In this document: positions 12,699 to 25,001 of the stretch, in pieces
Position numbering within the stretch: the stretch's first letter is position 1
Layout of the letters: each line of letters opens with the position of its first letter
Assembly (NCBI GenBank): GCA_965649825.1
Contig: OZ287702.1
Coordinates: forward strand, 1-64,000
Direction: 5' to 3'
Origin: Penicillus capitatus
Lineage: Eukaryota > Plantae > Chlorophyta
Length of the DNA stretch: 64,000 nt
Notes under the pieces: generated by a model
What the model saw: only the letters and a program-made list of their open reading frames with translations
The model's database searches: none
Told to the model about the DNA's origin: nothing
Program-made: the position numbers and the translations under genes

Positions 12699-13002
12699 TT
12701 GGCTGACGTGAGTGCGTGGCTGCGTGTTTCTTTCTGTTTTCATTCAAGTCCGTGTGTGCTGCAATCTCTTACCAATGCAACCAATTCATGCTTTGTTGTT
12801 GTTTCATCTGTTGGTCAGAGATTGGTAACATCACCAACAGTTGCTGCCTGTCGAGTTCTCCATCGTCGTCGTTGTCGTCGTTGTCTCATTTCATTCTATT
12901 ACTTCACTTCTGCTGGCATGCTGATGTTTTCAATTGAATTAAAGCCTAACTGTTTTTGTTGGGGGTGTATTAAAAGATGCATTCTGAGCAATGCTGGTAC
13001 GC

Positions 13003-13023
13003 TTGTTTGTTTGTTTGTTTGTT
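13003..13023. repeat. (TTGT)n microsatellite in the Mei2-like 3' region
   Basis: ttgtttgtttgtttgtttgtt read directly from the sequence. Confidence 0.9.
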
Positions 13024-13440
13024 CGCTCGTCGTTTTTCATGTAGTACGATGAAAACCTTAGCTGTTCTATCACCAAAGAAAAACGGTTCTCTGCTGCGTT
13101 GTTTCCTACGTGGACAGTATTTGAGTACTGCCAGGTCGAGTTTTTGGAGTGATTGCATGAATTGTCTCCAAACAGCATGTTAAGTGATCATTCATTTTGG
13201 GTAACAACAGCAAATCTGTAACAGTCTGTATCCGAACTTTTTGAAATCTTCGGTGTCACGTCGCATCAGCTTCTCCCATGCGCATTTGTCGTCGTTCGTA
13301 CTCCGGAATTCCGCAAAGCGTTCTGCCAAAAAACATAACGGACATTGACGACGTGACGCTATTGTATTTCAGCCACTTCTCCAACGTCCATTCGCTTCAC
13401 AGTTGTTCTTGTTGTTCCTACGCAGGTTTTGCTCGAAGAA

Positions 13441-15343
13441 ATGGAGTCATGCACAACAGAGACAAAAAAGCGCCCCAGTGAAGAACCCGGGCCGCTCAGC
13501 AGCGACGGCGTCGTGTCAGGTATGCCACCGCCGCGACGTGCATTTCGCTTTTGTCCGCCATTTCTCGCATCTTTCCTTTTTTCATTGTCTCTTGGGTTCT
13601 TGGTTATGGTGGGTCTCTTTGTCAGGAGACGACGCTCGTGCGCAGCATCGTTCCAAAAAACCAACGATACGAAAACCGACATCAGCTGTGGTGACTTCTC
13701 AAGGTTCTTATCGCGCTTTGCGTTTCTCAGTCTCTTGTTTCGCCCACACCTCATTCACTCTTTTGTCTTAACGTGACACAGATGACGAGTGCGTTTTTGA
13801 ATCTGTAGAGGACCCTCAGGTCGAAATGCAAGCCTTATGGGAACAACAAAGACAAAAGGACGCGCAAATACTCGTGCTACAGAAGAAGCTGAGTCACTAC
13901 CGTTCATGGATTACGAGTCTACAAAACAAAGTGCAGCAGCAAAACCCCCAGGCCCTGAAGAACGCCAAGCGTCTGTACATCGGCGGATTCCACACCGGAA
14001 CAACAGAGGTAATAGACAGGGCACGGCGCACAGCATAACAGGTAGATGTAAACATGTGTGCCGTTACTGTAGGAGGACCTACGGTTGTTCTTAAGTCAGT
14101 TGCTGAAACAGACAGGGGGGTGTTCACAACCGGGCAACGCCATTATCTCCGTCAAGATCATGAAAGACAAGAATTTTGCGTTCGCTGAGTTCAGAAGCGT
14201 CGAAGAGACAGCCAATACAACGGCATTCGACGGAGTTGTTTTTGAAACCAGCCGATTGAAAGTACATCCATGTCTGCTGTTGTCAGGAATGGCCGTCAGT
14301 GTGCGGTTGGTTGGTGGATGTAGATTCGACGTCCGAGTAATTACGACGTTGGTTCTGCCATCTTGCTGGGTCCCGTGACACCCGATCCCACAATGGATCT
14401 ATCTTCTTTGGACATTTGCCGGTCGACTGTGGATGACTCACCCCATAAGTTGTTTATTGGGGGTCTACCCTATGACTATAACGAAGAACAGGTGAGGGAT
14501 CTTGTGGGCACGTATGCGGCGGTGCGATCCTTTAATCTGGTCATGGATCGCACGACTGGCAAATCCAAAGGCTATGCATTCTGTGAGTTGATGGATGAGT
14601 CTATGACAGATGTTGTCATCCAGCAACTGAATACCTACAAGCTCGGCAATAAGCTCTTGACTGTAAAGAGGGCAATGGAAGGTGGTCGCAACACCAATTC
14701 CCAGATGCTGCAATCGATGTTGAACCCAGTTCAGTCTCCAACTTCCTTCTCCGTGGATATGCCCCATCTATACAGCAGTGGAAGTGGACACGTGTCCGGA
14801 CTGCATCAGGGAGTGCATTCTGGCAGCTATGGAGGATATAATCAACAGAATTTGAGTGGTGCTGGTGGTGCTTCAAGTCTCATGATGTCCCCGACCCAAA
14901 CGCCTATGACTGGATTATCTGGCATGAATGTCGGTAGCAGTAGCAGCATGCTCGGTGGTACTCCTATGAGTAACGGAAGCATGCAAGCAAATAACATGCT
15001 ATCTCAGCTTATTGGCGCGCAACAGTCAAGTTTCTTGAGTCAGCAACCTAGTATGGGTAGTTTAAGTGGCGGCGGTGGCGGCGGAGAGGGTATTCCTGTT
15101 CCGGATGCACAGAAATCTATGACAAACGCTTTTCATGGTAGTTTTGGAACTCCGGGAGGTGGAATTCCTGGCAGCTACAATAGCTTAGGAGGTGGCAGTC
15201 TACATCTGGGCCCTCAACAGGACTTGAAGGTTGATCCTGACATCTGTCACAGCTTCGATCAGAGCCTCGCTCGTGGAGGCAGTACCTTTCTCTCTCAGAA
15301 TAACAATCTCGATGCCATGAGCTGGAAATTCGGCAAACAGTGA
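13441..15343 (+). CDS. U2AF65 (U2AF large subunit)-like protein with RRM1+RRM2 only, an N-terminal coiled coil and an S/G/M/Q-rich low-complexity tail
   Basis: RRM1 AKRLYIGGF...GNAIISVKIMKDKNFAFAEFRSVEET...AFDGVVF...LK/IRRPSNY. RRM2 DSPHKLFIGGLPYDYNEEQVRDL...FNLVMDRTTGKSKGYAFCE. First intron inferred at about 13520-13781. Confidence 0.85.
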
Positions 15344-15454
15344 AGACAGACACATGTTTCCTCTCTTCTTATTCACACCTCTGCTTTGTTGTTTGACAAA
15401 CGTTAGGATTCTCTGAAGTGTGTACTCTGTCTGTATTTTCATTTCTCTCTTGCT

Positions 15455-15671
15455 TGCTAGCCTGCCTGCCTGCTTGCTTGCCTGACACATTCATAATTCG
15501 TTCGACTGGAGAGGGTGAACACAACGGAAGGAAATGTGTTCGCAGAGAACAGCCTCCCTGCGATGCATTTGCTCAATGGCTTCCCAGTGATTGATGATGA
15601 ATTTTTTTAGAGTTCATCAGGTCCTACCGAAGAAGAGAATCTGATAAGACTGCTTGCTTGCTTGCTTGCTC
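15455..15671. repeat. (GCTT/GCCT)n microsatellite tracts in the 3' region of the U2AF65-like gene
   Basis: cttgcttgctagcctgcctgcctgcttgcttgcctg near 15455-15485 and tgcttgcttgcttgcttgct near 15651-15671. Confidence 0.8.
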
Positions 15672-16444
15672 CTACTTTCTAACGTCTCAATGTCTCATCT
15701 ATCTATCTGCCTGCTTGTTTGCCACATGCATGCACACATACGCTCCCTCATCAAGTGTTTTTACATGTGCTTCGCTGTCTGCTGAGATCTTTGCTTTCAG
15801 TCCGTCTTCTGTATTTCTCCCTCAAAAATTCCTTGTTTCTGCATCGGATGGTGCTTCTGTTTGTGGACTCTCATGACATGACGTGTGCAAAACAGTTATG
15901 AACCATGCATGGAATACAACAATAGGGAACTGTCAATACTGTGTTTCTTGCTCTTCCTTAGCTGTCCGTTTACTTGACTATTTTCAGATTGCTTTTTCCT
16001 AGGTCTACCAACGTTCATTAAGCGATTTAGTACATACAGTAGACGATTCATTTGCAGGATATCTATCTCCTATTCTCGTTACTCAACTTCTCAGAAGACC
16101 TCTTGACGACCTCTACACGCATGTCGATCAGGCGGTAACTTGTTTTTTGAGTTTCAGTCCATCTCTCCTCTCTCATCGTTTTACTGAAGAATTTCTCATC
16201 AGTGAGTTCATCTTGAATAATAGTTCTGCTGTACCTTTGTTCCACTTTTCTGATTTTGTTGCGTCGGTTGTCAAGTACGGTTGGACAAGGAATGAGGTCT
16301 TGCCGATCAGGAAACTAATGCATGCTGTCGACGTCTAAAGCCGAAACTGCTTAGATGTTTCCTGTCTGTCTGCGTGTTTTGTAAAGATTCAGAGTTGCTT
16401 GGCCTATGGGAAGAGACGGCGTGTGATGTGACGTCTGACGACCG

Positions 16445-19074
16445 ATGGCAGACGAAACGTACTCATGGATCGACGACTTTCACGGCGGCGCCACAACCTC
16501 AACCCTCAAAGCCGCCGATGAAACACATCGTCTCTGTTCCAAAACGCGCGATGCCGTGGTCGATGTCGAAAACCGGCTCTCTGAAATGAAAGGCATTTCA
16601 AGACATCTCGATGCTCAAGCGTCTTATATGACGGATGGACTCTTCAGGGGAGATGCGTCAGTTGGAATTGAGCTTCGTCGAAAGGAATCGTCACCTTATG
16701 GAGCAACTGCAGAGATCGAAGGGCAAAAGAAAGGAATGCGAGAAGCAGAACGAGAGATTGAGGCGGCAAATGCTGCACATGGTTAAGTTGGATACGATCA
16801 AGAACCAACAGATCTCCGCAATGGAGGACAAACTCCAGTCCTTCGAAACCAAACTCCAGCAGCACGTTTCAGAATTTGGCTTGGATGCATGCATTGCATC
16901 GACGCATCAAGTAAAAACGTCAAGACAAGAAATCTCGCTACGGAGTGGGACGCAAAGGTCGATGAAGAGGAAAGGGTGGCAAGGATGTCGAAAGAGGAGA
17001 TGATGGACGTCCATCGAGATCGAGGACCTCCCCACATTCGCCCATCGGAGCTTCTATGGGACTCCTGTGCCACAGACGGTTCACGGGATAGATCGGATGG
17101 GCCACGGAAAACGGAGAATGTCGTGGAGAGTGTTCGCGATGGACTAGATGAAGCGTCGTTGTCTCTGCAAGCATTTCGAAATATCCGTTCTGAATGTGCC
17201 CAATGGATCACATCGCTGACACGCTACCAAGAGGCTGCAATGACGCACGGAAAGGAAAGACGTCATCCGATCGTCGATGACGACAGAGACTGTAGATAAC
17301 CATCCATCATTCCCCCTCTGACATGTGGCGATCTTACAGTTCGTGCACAATGGGAAGCAATGGCAGGGTATGTTGAGCAGTTTAGCAAGGAGACGGAATG
17401 CGCTGAGCAATTGTCGAGCAAAGGTCATGCCAAAGAGATGCATTGGCCAGTCACTGCTCAGCGATCCGTGTCTTTTGTAGTGGATCGACCACTGCTGAGG
17501 AAAACTTTGCAGATGTGCTTTTGTGCACTGCTCCGGCTGATTCGGAATGTCCAGGATGCATGTGCAGGTATCGAAGATGCCCGTCTTCGTATGCACCGTC
17601 GATTGGAGCAGCAAGATGTGACGCATGTGGAGAAGACGAAAGATCTTCAGCAGCAGATCGCGTCACTCCAAACCACCGCCTCGACATCCAGGCAACTCCC
17701 TCTGTGCTCTTGAATGGAAGACTGCGAACGTGTGCGGCCAGAATCGAAGAGAAGGTCCATGTTCTATCTGGTAGCTTTGCTCGACTCGAAGACAAACTCG
17801 CGACGGAACTCGAAAAATCCAAGAAGGCAACGCATCACATCCACCGCATCAATTCCAGGTGCCTTGGCTGACATGACGGCGCTTCGATGCGGCGCCGTCC
17901 TTTAGAAAATCGAAGGAGCTTCTGAAACGCATCGCAGCTCTGGTGCAATTGTGCAACCAGATCAAAGAAGGCGAGCATGAGATACGTTTCTGTGCGGATA
18001 GTTTCCAAAGAGCGATGATGTGTCTGTGACAGAAGCGGAGAACAGGGGTGTCTTGACGACGCTCTATCGCCAACTGACGCAGCTCTATGATCAGAACCTG
18101 AACATCATCAAGGAACTGCAGTCCAATACGAAACCGCAGGTGGATGCTTACGCACGCACCAACCTGCCTCCACAGAACGATGCCTGCAGCATGTGCGCGA
18201 TCTCCGTGTTCGGCTGGAAAAGGGCATTCAACATCAAGAACACTTTACGAACTACATAGCTGTAAGCCAAAGTTTTTCTAGGGGTCGGTATTCTTGGACT
18301 CCCCTTACCAATTCTCTGTTCTAGTCGATCGTTCGACGAGACACCGAACTCCAGAACAGCGATCATCTGATACCAGAGGGGGTACCAGAAGAGCAGCAAA
18401 CTCTGGTCATGAGTGATACCACCATTACACAACGGAATGTCTGTGCTGCAAAGCGGGTAAAAGATGGCGTTGGCTTTGATCTCTCCTCGAACGAATCCGT
18501 CGCCATATTGCAGGACACAGGAGTTGGAGAGGGACATCAGATGTCAGCGGAGTATCAGGAACTCTGGAAGAGATACCGAAAACAGAGCCTGCGGTTCCGT
18601 CAGTTACAGAAGTTCCTGAAAGCATCGACCAAGAAACTGATGGAAGCAGCCGCATCCGACGACGCTACGGATCGACCATCGATGGACAAACAACGTTCCG
18701 GCGCAACAAGATGCAATGCCTTACATACAGACACCCACTTCGCCGCAGCACCGAGCGTATACAACAACAAGGGCCCAGCAGCGAAGACCGTGAGAAGGCG
18801 GGAATCAGAGATCGCAAGCCGAGACGTCGATGCAGAGGTTTCCTTGGGCAAGGATGAGGGAGGAGACACTGCGGCACTCTTCTACGACGGTCTCTTGGGA
18901 GCAACCGATCCGTTTCTCTCCCACGATTCCTCTGCACTCGATCCATCACAGGAAGACATGACACTTGGCGTCTCTCCGCCTTCCACGAGGCCTTCTCTGT
19001 CATCCTGCACTTCATCGGCACATCGTCAGCGTCCGTCGTTCGGTCGTGTGAATTGGAAGCGTGATGATATGTGA
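16445..19074 (+). CDS. Uncharacterised multi-exon coiled-coil protein
   Basis: Chain of exon-like ORFs with heptads (EMRQLELSFVERNRHLMEQLQRSKGKRKECEKQNERLRRQ; LYRQLTQLYDQNLNIIKELQ; YQELWKRYRKQSLRFRQLQKFLK) separated by GT/GC-AG intron-like gaps. No family recognised. Confidence 0.6.
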
Positions 19075-19537
19075 GAGGCACATCGACTGTTGTTAGAACA
19101 GAATTTTTGCATCATTGTTCTTGTCAGACAAGTCAACTTTGATATTCGCTTTTGGTCTCACAGTATATCATCCACAGCAGTGTTTTTGTCGGGCCTCTCA
19201 CAGTTCACAAAATCTCTGGACGCATGGAGTGTGCAAACAAGAACAGATGATGAGATTGCAATGCATGCCCGTCCTTCGAAGAATAAATCCCTCTCAGCTG
19301 TTCAAGACTTCAATGCTTTCAACTGGAAAAACAACGTTCTTATTCATCCATAACCGACGTCACGTTATGGGTCCTTATAAATCAAAGACGCTAGGTCTAA
19401 AGAATCATGCACGAAAGCAGCAGCACTGTCTCAGAACGTGGAAGGAAGCGTAAAATATGTACAAGAAAAAGCTGAGAAACGCATCACGTGGAGGACGGGA
19501 GGTAGAGGAAGCATCATCGCCGGCCGATTCCGAGTTA

Positions 19538-20567
19538 TTAATCCGTCGTTTCTGTTCGCGTATAGAAGGCCGTTGTATCGAGAATCCACTGGAGAACGTG
19601 ACGAATCGAGACATAGCCTGTTGTCTTGGAGTCGCCATTGCATTCAGCACTGCCGATGGCAATGCCGATCAGGCGATCCGGAAAGCTGGGAATGATAACG
19701 GGACCGCCAGTTCCACCTAAGGGCGAGACATGCAGACAGGTGTGTAGCATAGATGGGCAATCAACCACCCACCTGCGCAGATATCTCCATTTGAGACGCG
19801 TAGGCACGAAATATTCGCCGGAAAATCGTGTCTCTTGAAGCAATCCTCGTCGTCGATTATTTCCAAACCTACAGGGGGCAGTGGTGCGTGCTTAGTGTTG
19901 AGGATGATGGTGCGTACGTACGTACCACTTATTTCGAGCAGTTTTTTTGAGTAAGGTCCTCCTTCGCCCAATCGGCTCCAGCTCATTGCCCGCGTTTCGA
20001 GTCCTGACAACAATGGTGGCGAGCCGCTGTGCATTTGAACGAGAGGTTGCTGTTTGGATGGCGCAGCGAGTTTGAGCAGCGCAACGTCATAGGGACCCAA
20101 TTCCAGACCGTCATAAAGAGGGTGAATAATCACGAGCTCAACAGTATGCCGCTCTCTGAAGGGTCCGACGATGCTTTCACTTCCTAATGCTACAACTGGA
20201 TTTCGAACAGCCGTGGAGAATCGTTTTGTGTCAACACATCTGGCAAATGTCAAGATCCATTGCTTCATCACCAATGTGCCCACACAAAAGTGCAATCCCG
20301 TGTTCGGATGCTGGAGAGAAACGACATAGGGATAACGGTCACGAGGTGCATAGAAGTCATCCGGACGACGGTCTTTCTGAGCAGATGGAGGTCGGGAATA
20401 GCCTAACAGCAGAACACACCAATCGAGAACGTCAGCATTTGCAGCAGAGTGGTCTAGCACGTGCCAAAGTAGCGCTGACCAAAGACGCCTGTGCATGACG
20501 CATGTGATATGAGAAGGAACAGTAGGAGACAGCACCGCCTCTTCAAACGAGCGGTGTTCAAGAACAT
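19538..20567 (-). CDS. Secreted trypsin-like (S1A) serine protease homolog, predicted catalytically inactive
   Basis: Signal-peptide-like MFLNTARLKRRCCLLLFLLISHASCTG. S1 motifs RYPYVVSL, HFCVGTLVMKQWILTFARC, IIHPLY...YDVALLKL and DICAG/GTGGP. Confidence 0.85.
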
Positions 20568-20953
20568 GGCGCCGATAAGAGTACAGACCCGCACGCTAAG
20601 CACAAAACAGTTCTGTCGGTTGCATCCAATGCGGAGAACGCTGTCCTCCAGGATGTACGCTATTCGATAGCCACTGTCCCGCAAAGTCCAAATCGTATTG
20701 ATACGGCAGTACCTTCACGCGGAACTTCGGCGGAGAGCGCCTCGGAAAAGGTTAAACGTTGTTTTTGTTGAAGATTGAGGAGGGCAGAGATGCTGCGGTC
20801 TTGCTGATTTGAGGCAGTCGAAGCAAAATGCGGACACAATTCACTGTGCGACCCTTGCTACTAACCACCACCCTCTTGCTATCCTAGCCGTCACATCTGT
20901 AATACTTGCGTCAGACCTGTGAGTGGAACGGGTCAAAACGGAGAGAAGACTCG

Positions 20954-21573
20954 ATGAAGGCCGCCCTGCATCACTGCTGCGTTTCGTTCGGTGTTTTGTG
21001 TTTCTGGGTCGTCAGGGCCTTCTCTTGTCACCGCATTCCCAAACGGAATATCTGGTAACGTCGAGAACGTTAGAGACGCAGAAGGGATATGCGTAGATTC
21101 AGCTGCGCAGCGGAGACGGAGTCGCTGCTGCCGACAGACGCTGAAGATTCCCGAACGGAGAGACGTCGACCGCCACACGCACGTCATTCGCCGTCCACAC
21201 AACGACCACCAAATATCCCTCCCTCGCAGCAGTGATGACAGGCGCGCCGGAGGTCGGTCATAAGAGTGAGATTTGTGTGATAAGAGAGACAGAGGCGGAG
21301 CGCTATGACGAAGATGGATTCCTGGTGGATGAGGAGGAAGACGTGAGTCCTCAGAGATCTCGGCCTCAGCGCCGCACCATCGAAGAAATTGCCGCCGCCT
21401 ACGCGATGTCGGTACCCTCAGAGCAGCACGATATCGATCTGAAACGCGTCGCTTGGTGCAGCGATCAGAACGAGACGCCGGAGCAGAGGACTCGTCGGCA
21501 GCGGATCGAAGAACACGGCAAAGCTCTGGAGCAAGGCGCCGCGCTGTTTGGGCAAAGGGGTGCACAGATCTGA
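20954..21573 (+). CDS. Hypothetical small protein (probably spliced)
   Basis: Exon-like ORF ending ...YDEDGFLVDEEEDVSPQRSRPQRRTIEEIAAAY...RIEEHGKALEQGAALFGQRGAQI*. Start and introns are uncertain. Confidence 0.4.
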
Positions 21574-21800
21574 CGTTTTCTCGCGTTAGACACAACGTTA
21601 CCGTTCTCGACGCATTTTCCTTAGGAATATGTTCATTCGCTGTCGCTGTCAGTTAAAAGCACTTGATCCCGTTCGCTTCACAACAAGTTCTTAATCGAGA
21701 CAGGTAGCGGTTGAACGCGTAGTGCTTTTGACGGCGCGACGCATCTACACGAGATCTTGTTGCGGCAGAGGTCTGTCTCGACATAGACAGAAACTAATTG

Positions 21801-23230
21801 TCAGGGGGTTCTGTCTTGAGGCTCAGAGGTGAGCGTGACATAGGTTATGGAGAGTTTGAACGTCAGGAGTCCACAAGCAAAGTTCAATAACTGCTGTGCT
21901 TGATAAACATTCCTTGCATCGACAGCGACACCTGTATCATGGACACATCGGTCGGTGTATGGCTGCAGCATTTTGGTCACCTTGTTGCATCGATTGCATC
22001 AAGACATAGAGTGTCCCAACAAGCAAGGCCAAGAAGAAAAGGCGGCCGATGGGTTGTGAGAGCACCTGCTTGACGGCTTCCTTCTATAATGGCGCGACGC
22101 AGTGAGATCTCATCTTTTGTTGATGAAAGTGTGAGACTTGTCTGGCTGTGTTCTCGCGACCGATAGCGTCGACCCTTGTTTGAAGGAGGTATTGGTAGAC
22201 TAAACTGCCAGTTCCTCCCAGTAAGAAGGGTGCGGCAGACTCCGGATTCCATATCTGCAATCACACAATTTCTCACTCTTTTCTAAGAATTGGGCGTTTT
22301 CTCACTATGGCTTCTGCAGCCGTGCCCAGAATCACCATTGCCACGTTGGCCATCATGATCCTGCTTTTCAGAGTATCGTACTCTTCCACACCCAGACTTT
22401 GCAAACGAGACGCCTCGTCCTGTGTTCCCTCAATCACGTTTGGTTCCAGTCAGTCAATGTGCTTTACTCTAGTGAGTTGCTGCAGAGATGGTCCAGATCC
22501 ATAGACGACACGATCTGGTCGCAACGCTGCCAAGAGTGCAGCTGGATCGTCCATCGTCCCCAGCATCTTACGACAGACAAACCGCGTCTCCTCTCCCGTT
22601 TCCCTCTGCTTAATAGTGATCTCTTCAGCACACCATGTGCCACATTGCGGTCCGATCAGCAAACCTGTCACATCATCTCACACTTTACGCGCTCATGCCA
22701 CCTGTCTCGTTGTTTGACCTGTGAGGGTGCCTAAGTCTGGGCACTGGAGTGAGATGACGTCTACGGCACCCTGCAAGAATCTCCGAGCATCATCTGTACC
22801 CAACGGTGAAATCCAATGCAGTGATCCGTGACCTTCGCTCCCGCCAATCAGGCAAAAAAACACACCGCAGAGTGGTTCAGACAACGAAGCGCCACGTTGT
22901 CCAGCTGTCTGAATCGTCACCTCGTACACACACTCACCGTCCTACGTATTCCAGATGACAGACACACATACACTCGATTCAGACCACACGTTGTCACCCT
23001 CACAGGATACGAGCGTGGTCGGAGGTGCAGCCGGAGGAAGAGGCTCCGAATGAAAAGCATGTGACTTAGATCGTCGTCTGCCTTTGGTGCCGATGCGTTG
23101 CTGTCTCTCGACGCACTTAGACCACAACTCACAAGGTATATACCGCTCCAAGGGGACAGAAGACACGTACAAGGGGATGAGGATGTTTAACGATGGATCT
23201 CTGCACTTGAAATGCCTCCACGACAGGCAT
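21801..23230 (-). CDS. Putative plastid protein: transit peptide + PLAT/LH2 domain + C-terminal Atp1/CGL160-like transmembrane domain
   Basis: PLAT motifs YEVTIQTAGQRGASL...RFLQGAVDVISLQCPDLGTL and IGPQCGTWCAEEITI...RFVCRKMLG. TM block EEYDTLKSRIMMANVAMVILGT...PFLLGGTGSLVYQYLLQTRVDAIG...ACGLLTFKLSI. About 7 inferred introns. Confidence 0.7.
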
Positions 23231-23361
23231 CGTTTTCGCAAAGAGGTTGTCAGTTCATTATGTGCAACACAGTATTGCTGGCGTTAATGAATGGTGTGAT
23301 GGTGTCCGTCAAGAATATTGGCCATCCACGTCACAAAACGACCGTCATCATCAAGGTGTGG

Positions 23362-24927
23362 CTAGATGTAGTACAGGCGATTGTTCACTTGTACGGCCGA
23401 TACGGCTAAGAGGACGTTGCTGATCAGAATGGTCAAAACAAAGCCAAAGTACAACTCCGAAACAATAAGATATCGATATCTCTCACGCAAACTGGTCAGG
23501 GTATCCCGATGGTAATGCCACATCCATACAGAGATAATGACGCCCGAACAGATGGTCGTAAAAATGGAGAAGGCAGCAAAGCCCATGGATTGGTCAAAGG
23601 TATCTTTCTCGAATGGATCGAGGGCTTCGTCATTCAACACATCGACATGATGTAAGGGATGTTCAGAATAGGGGTAATCTTCATTGTTCTGTCCGTAACG
23701 CAGCACGGGGATGACGGTGAGGAAGAAGATGGCCGAGCTGATTTGGGAGAGCAGCTTCCAGATGAGAAACCGCATCTGACGTCGACGATAGCCTGGGTGT
23801 TGATTCGAGTGTCCTCGATCGTCTTCGTCCAGATCTTCTTCGACAATCGTTCCCTGTTCCGACTTGAATTTGCCTTTGATCCAGACGCGGAATTTGAACC
23901 ACGCATCGAACTGGAAACCGAGATAGGCAATGTTCTCGGCTACTCTTGTCACCCAAATGACGGCAAAAGTGGGACCCACTTCCGAAGCGGTTGGGTATGC
24001 CAGAGTGATGAAGAGATCGACGATGTTTTCCAGCCAGAGGCCAGAGATGACCATCCCCACTTCGATGGGGTAACTGTCCGTCAGACTGAGAAAGATCTTC
24101 TTGAAGATGAATGTGATGATCGTCAGCGCGACTGTCAAAAATCCTTGAGCTCTGCTGTCGGTGCTGCCGTTGGCGATGATGTATCCAACGAGCACCATCC
24201 AGAACAGAAGGAAATAGATCAGGATTTTTGTAAAGATCGCTAGCTTGTCTCCGTAACGCTGTGCATTGCAGTCAAAGAATCGATGCGGAAGGAGCCTGAG
24301 TCCCATCACTGTTGCCAGAATGGTCATGGCGATGGCGACGAGGCCCAAGGCACGAAAGGTGCCATGCACGAAGACGATTGTCCCAATCACTGCCACCTGC
24401 AGCACGTAATTCATCAACAGTATCGGAGCGTAGTGTTTAAAGGGTCTCCATGGGCGACTGCCATCCAAGCATGCCAGAAAGATATTGACCAGCATGAAGC
24501 TGAAGAACACGTATGTGCCAGTATTGACGACGAAGACCCAGACGACACGTTGTTTGAAATCGCCATCGGCATCGCCGAGCGGAATGGCCCCAAACCAAAG
24601 CAAGGCAAAAGCTGCCGGGGTTAGAAAAGTCACGAGATTGAGCCAGAAAACGTCAAACCATAGGTATCGCGTACTGATGTGGGCGACGTTGAAGAGCATG
24701 CCCGTCGGGGCATTGACATTCTTGAGTGAATTTTCTTCGCCCTCGCCATAGAAACGCACTTCGGTTAGACTACGCCCTAAGACATTACTGCGGGTGGAGC
24801 TTCCTCCTATGGTACTCTTCGCATCTCCTTGACTCGCTTGCGTCTCCAGAGCAACCACGGCCTTGTCATTCGTGCTTGGATCTGTTTCTGCCATCGAGGT
24901 GCATACCTTCCCATCACGTTGCGTCAT
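23362..24927 (-). CDS. Uncharacterised intronless polytopic membrane protein (roughly 9-10 hydrophobic segments)
   Basis: Open frame 23362-25128. Likely start is MTQRDGK (24927) or MAETDP, because the further upstream frame overlaps the accA transit peptide. Multiple hydrophobic helices. Confidence 0.75.
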   Translation of the reverse strand: MTQRDGKVCTSMAETDPSTNDKAVVALETQASQGDAKSTIGGSSTRSNVLGRSLTEVRFYGEGEENSLKNVNAPTGMLFNVAHISTRYLWFDVFWLNLVTFLTPAAFALLWFGAIPLGDADGDFKQRVVWVFVVNTGTYVFFSFMLVNIFLACLDGSRPWRPFKHYAPILLMNYVLQVAVIGTIVFVHGTFRALGLVAIAMTILATVMGLRLLPHRFFDCNAQRYGDKLAIFTKILIYFLLFWMVLVGYIIANGSTDSRAQGFLTVALTIITFIFKKIFLSLTDSYPIEVGMVISGLWLENIVDLFITLAYPTASEVGPTFAVIWVTRVAENIAYLGFQFDAWFKFRVWIKGKFKSEQGTIVEEDLDEDDRGHSNQHPGYRRRQMRFLIWKLLSQISSAIFFLTVIPVLRYGQNNEDYPYSEHPLHHVDVLNDEALDPFEKDTFDQSMGFAAFSIFTTICSGVIISVWMWHYHRDTLTSLRERYRYLIVSELYFGFVLTILISNVLLAVSAVQVNNRLYYI

Positions 24928-25001
24928 GCTGGAGGCGGCATTGATGTGACGTTTCGATCTCGCTTTCGTGAACGGATTCGAAGAACGCGTCCTTCTTTTC
25001 G

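Noticed and set aside
23634-24751. Numerous long antisense ORFs opposite real genes (here and over Mei2-like, DDX20 and Gag-Pol)
   Set aside because: These are expected shadow frames of coding sequence at about 50% GC, with no independent motifs.
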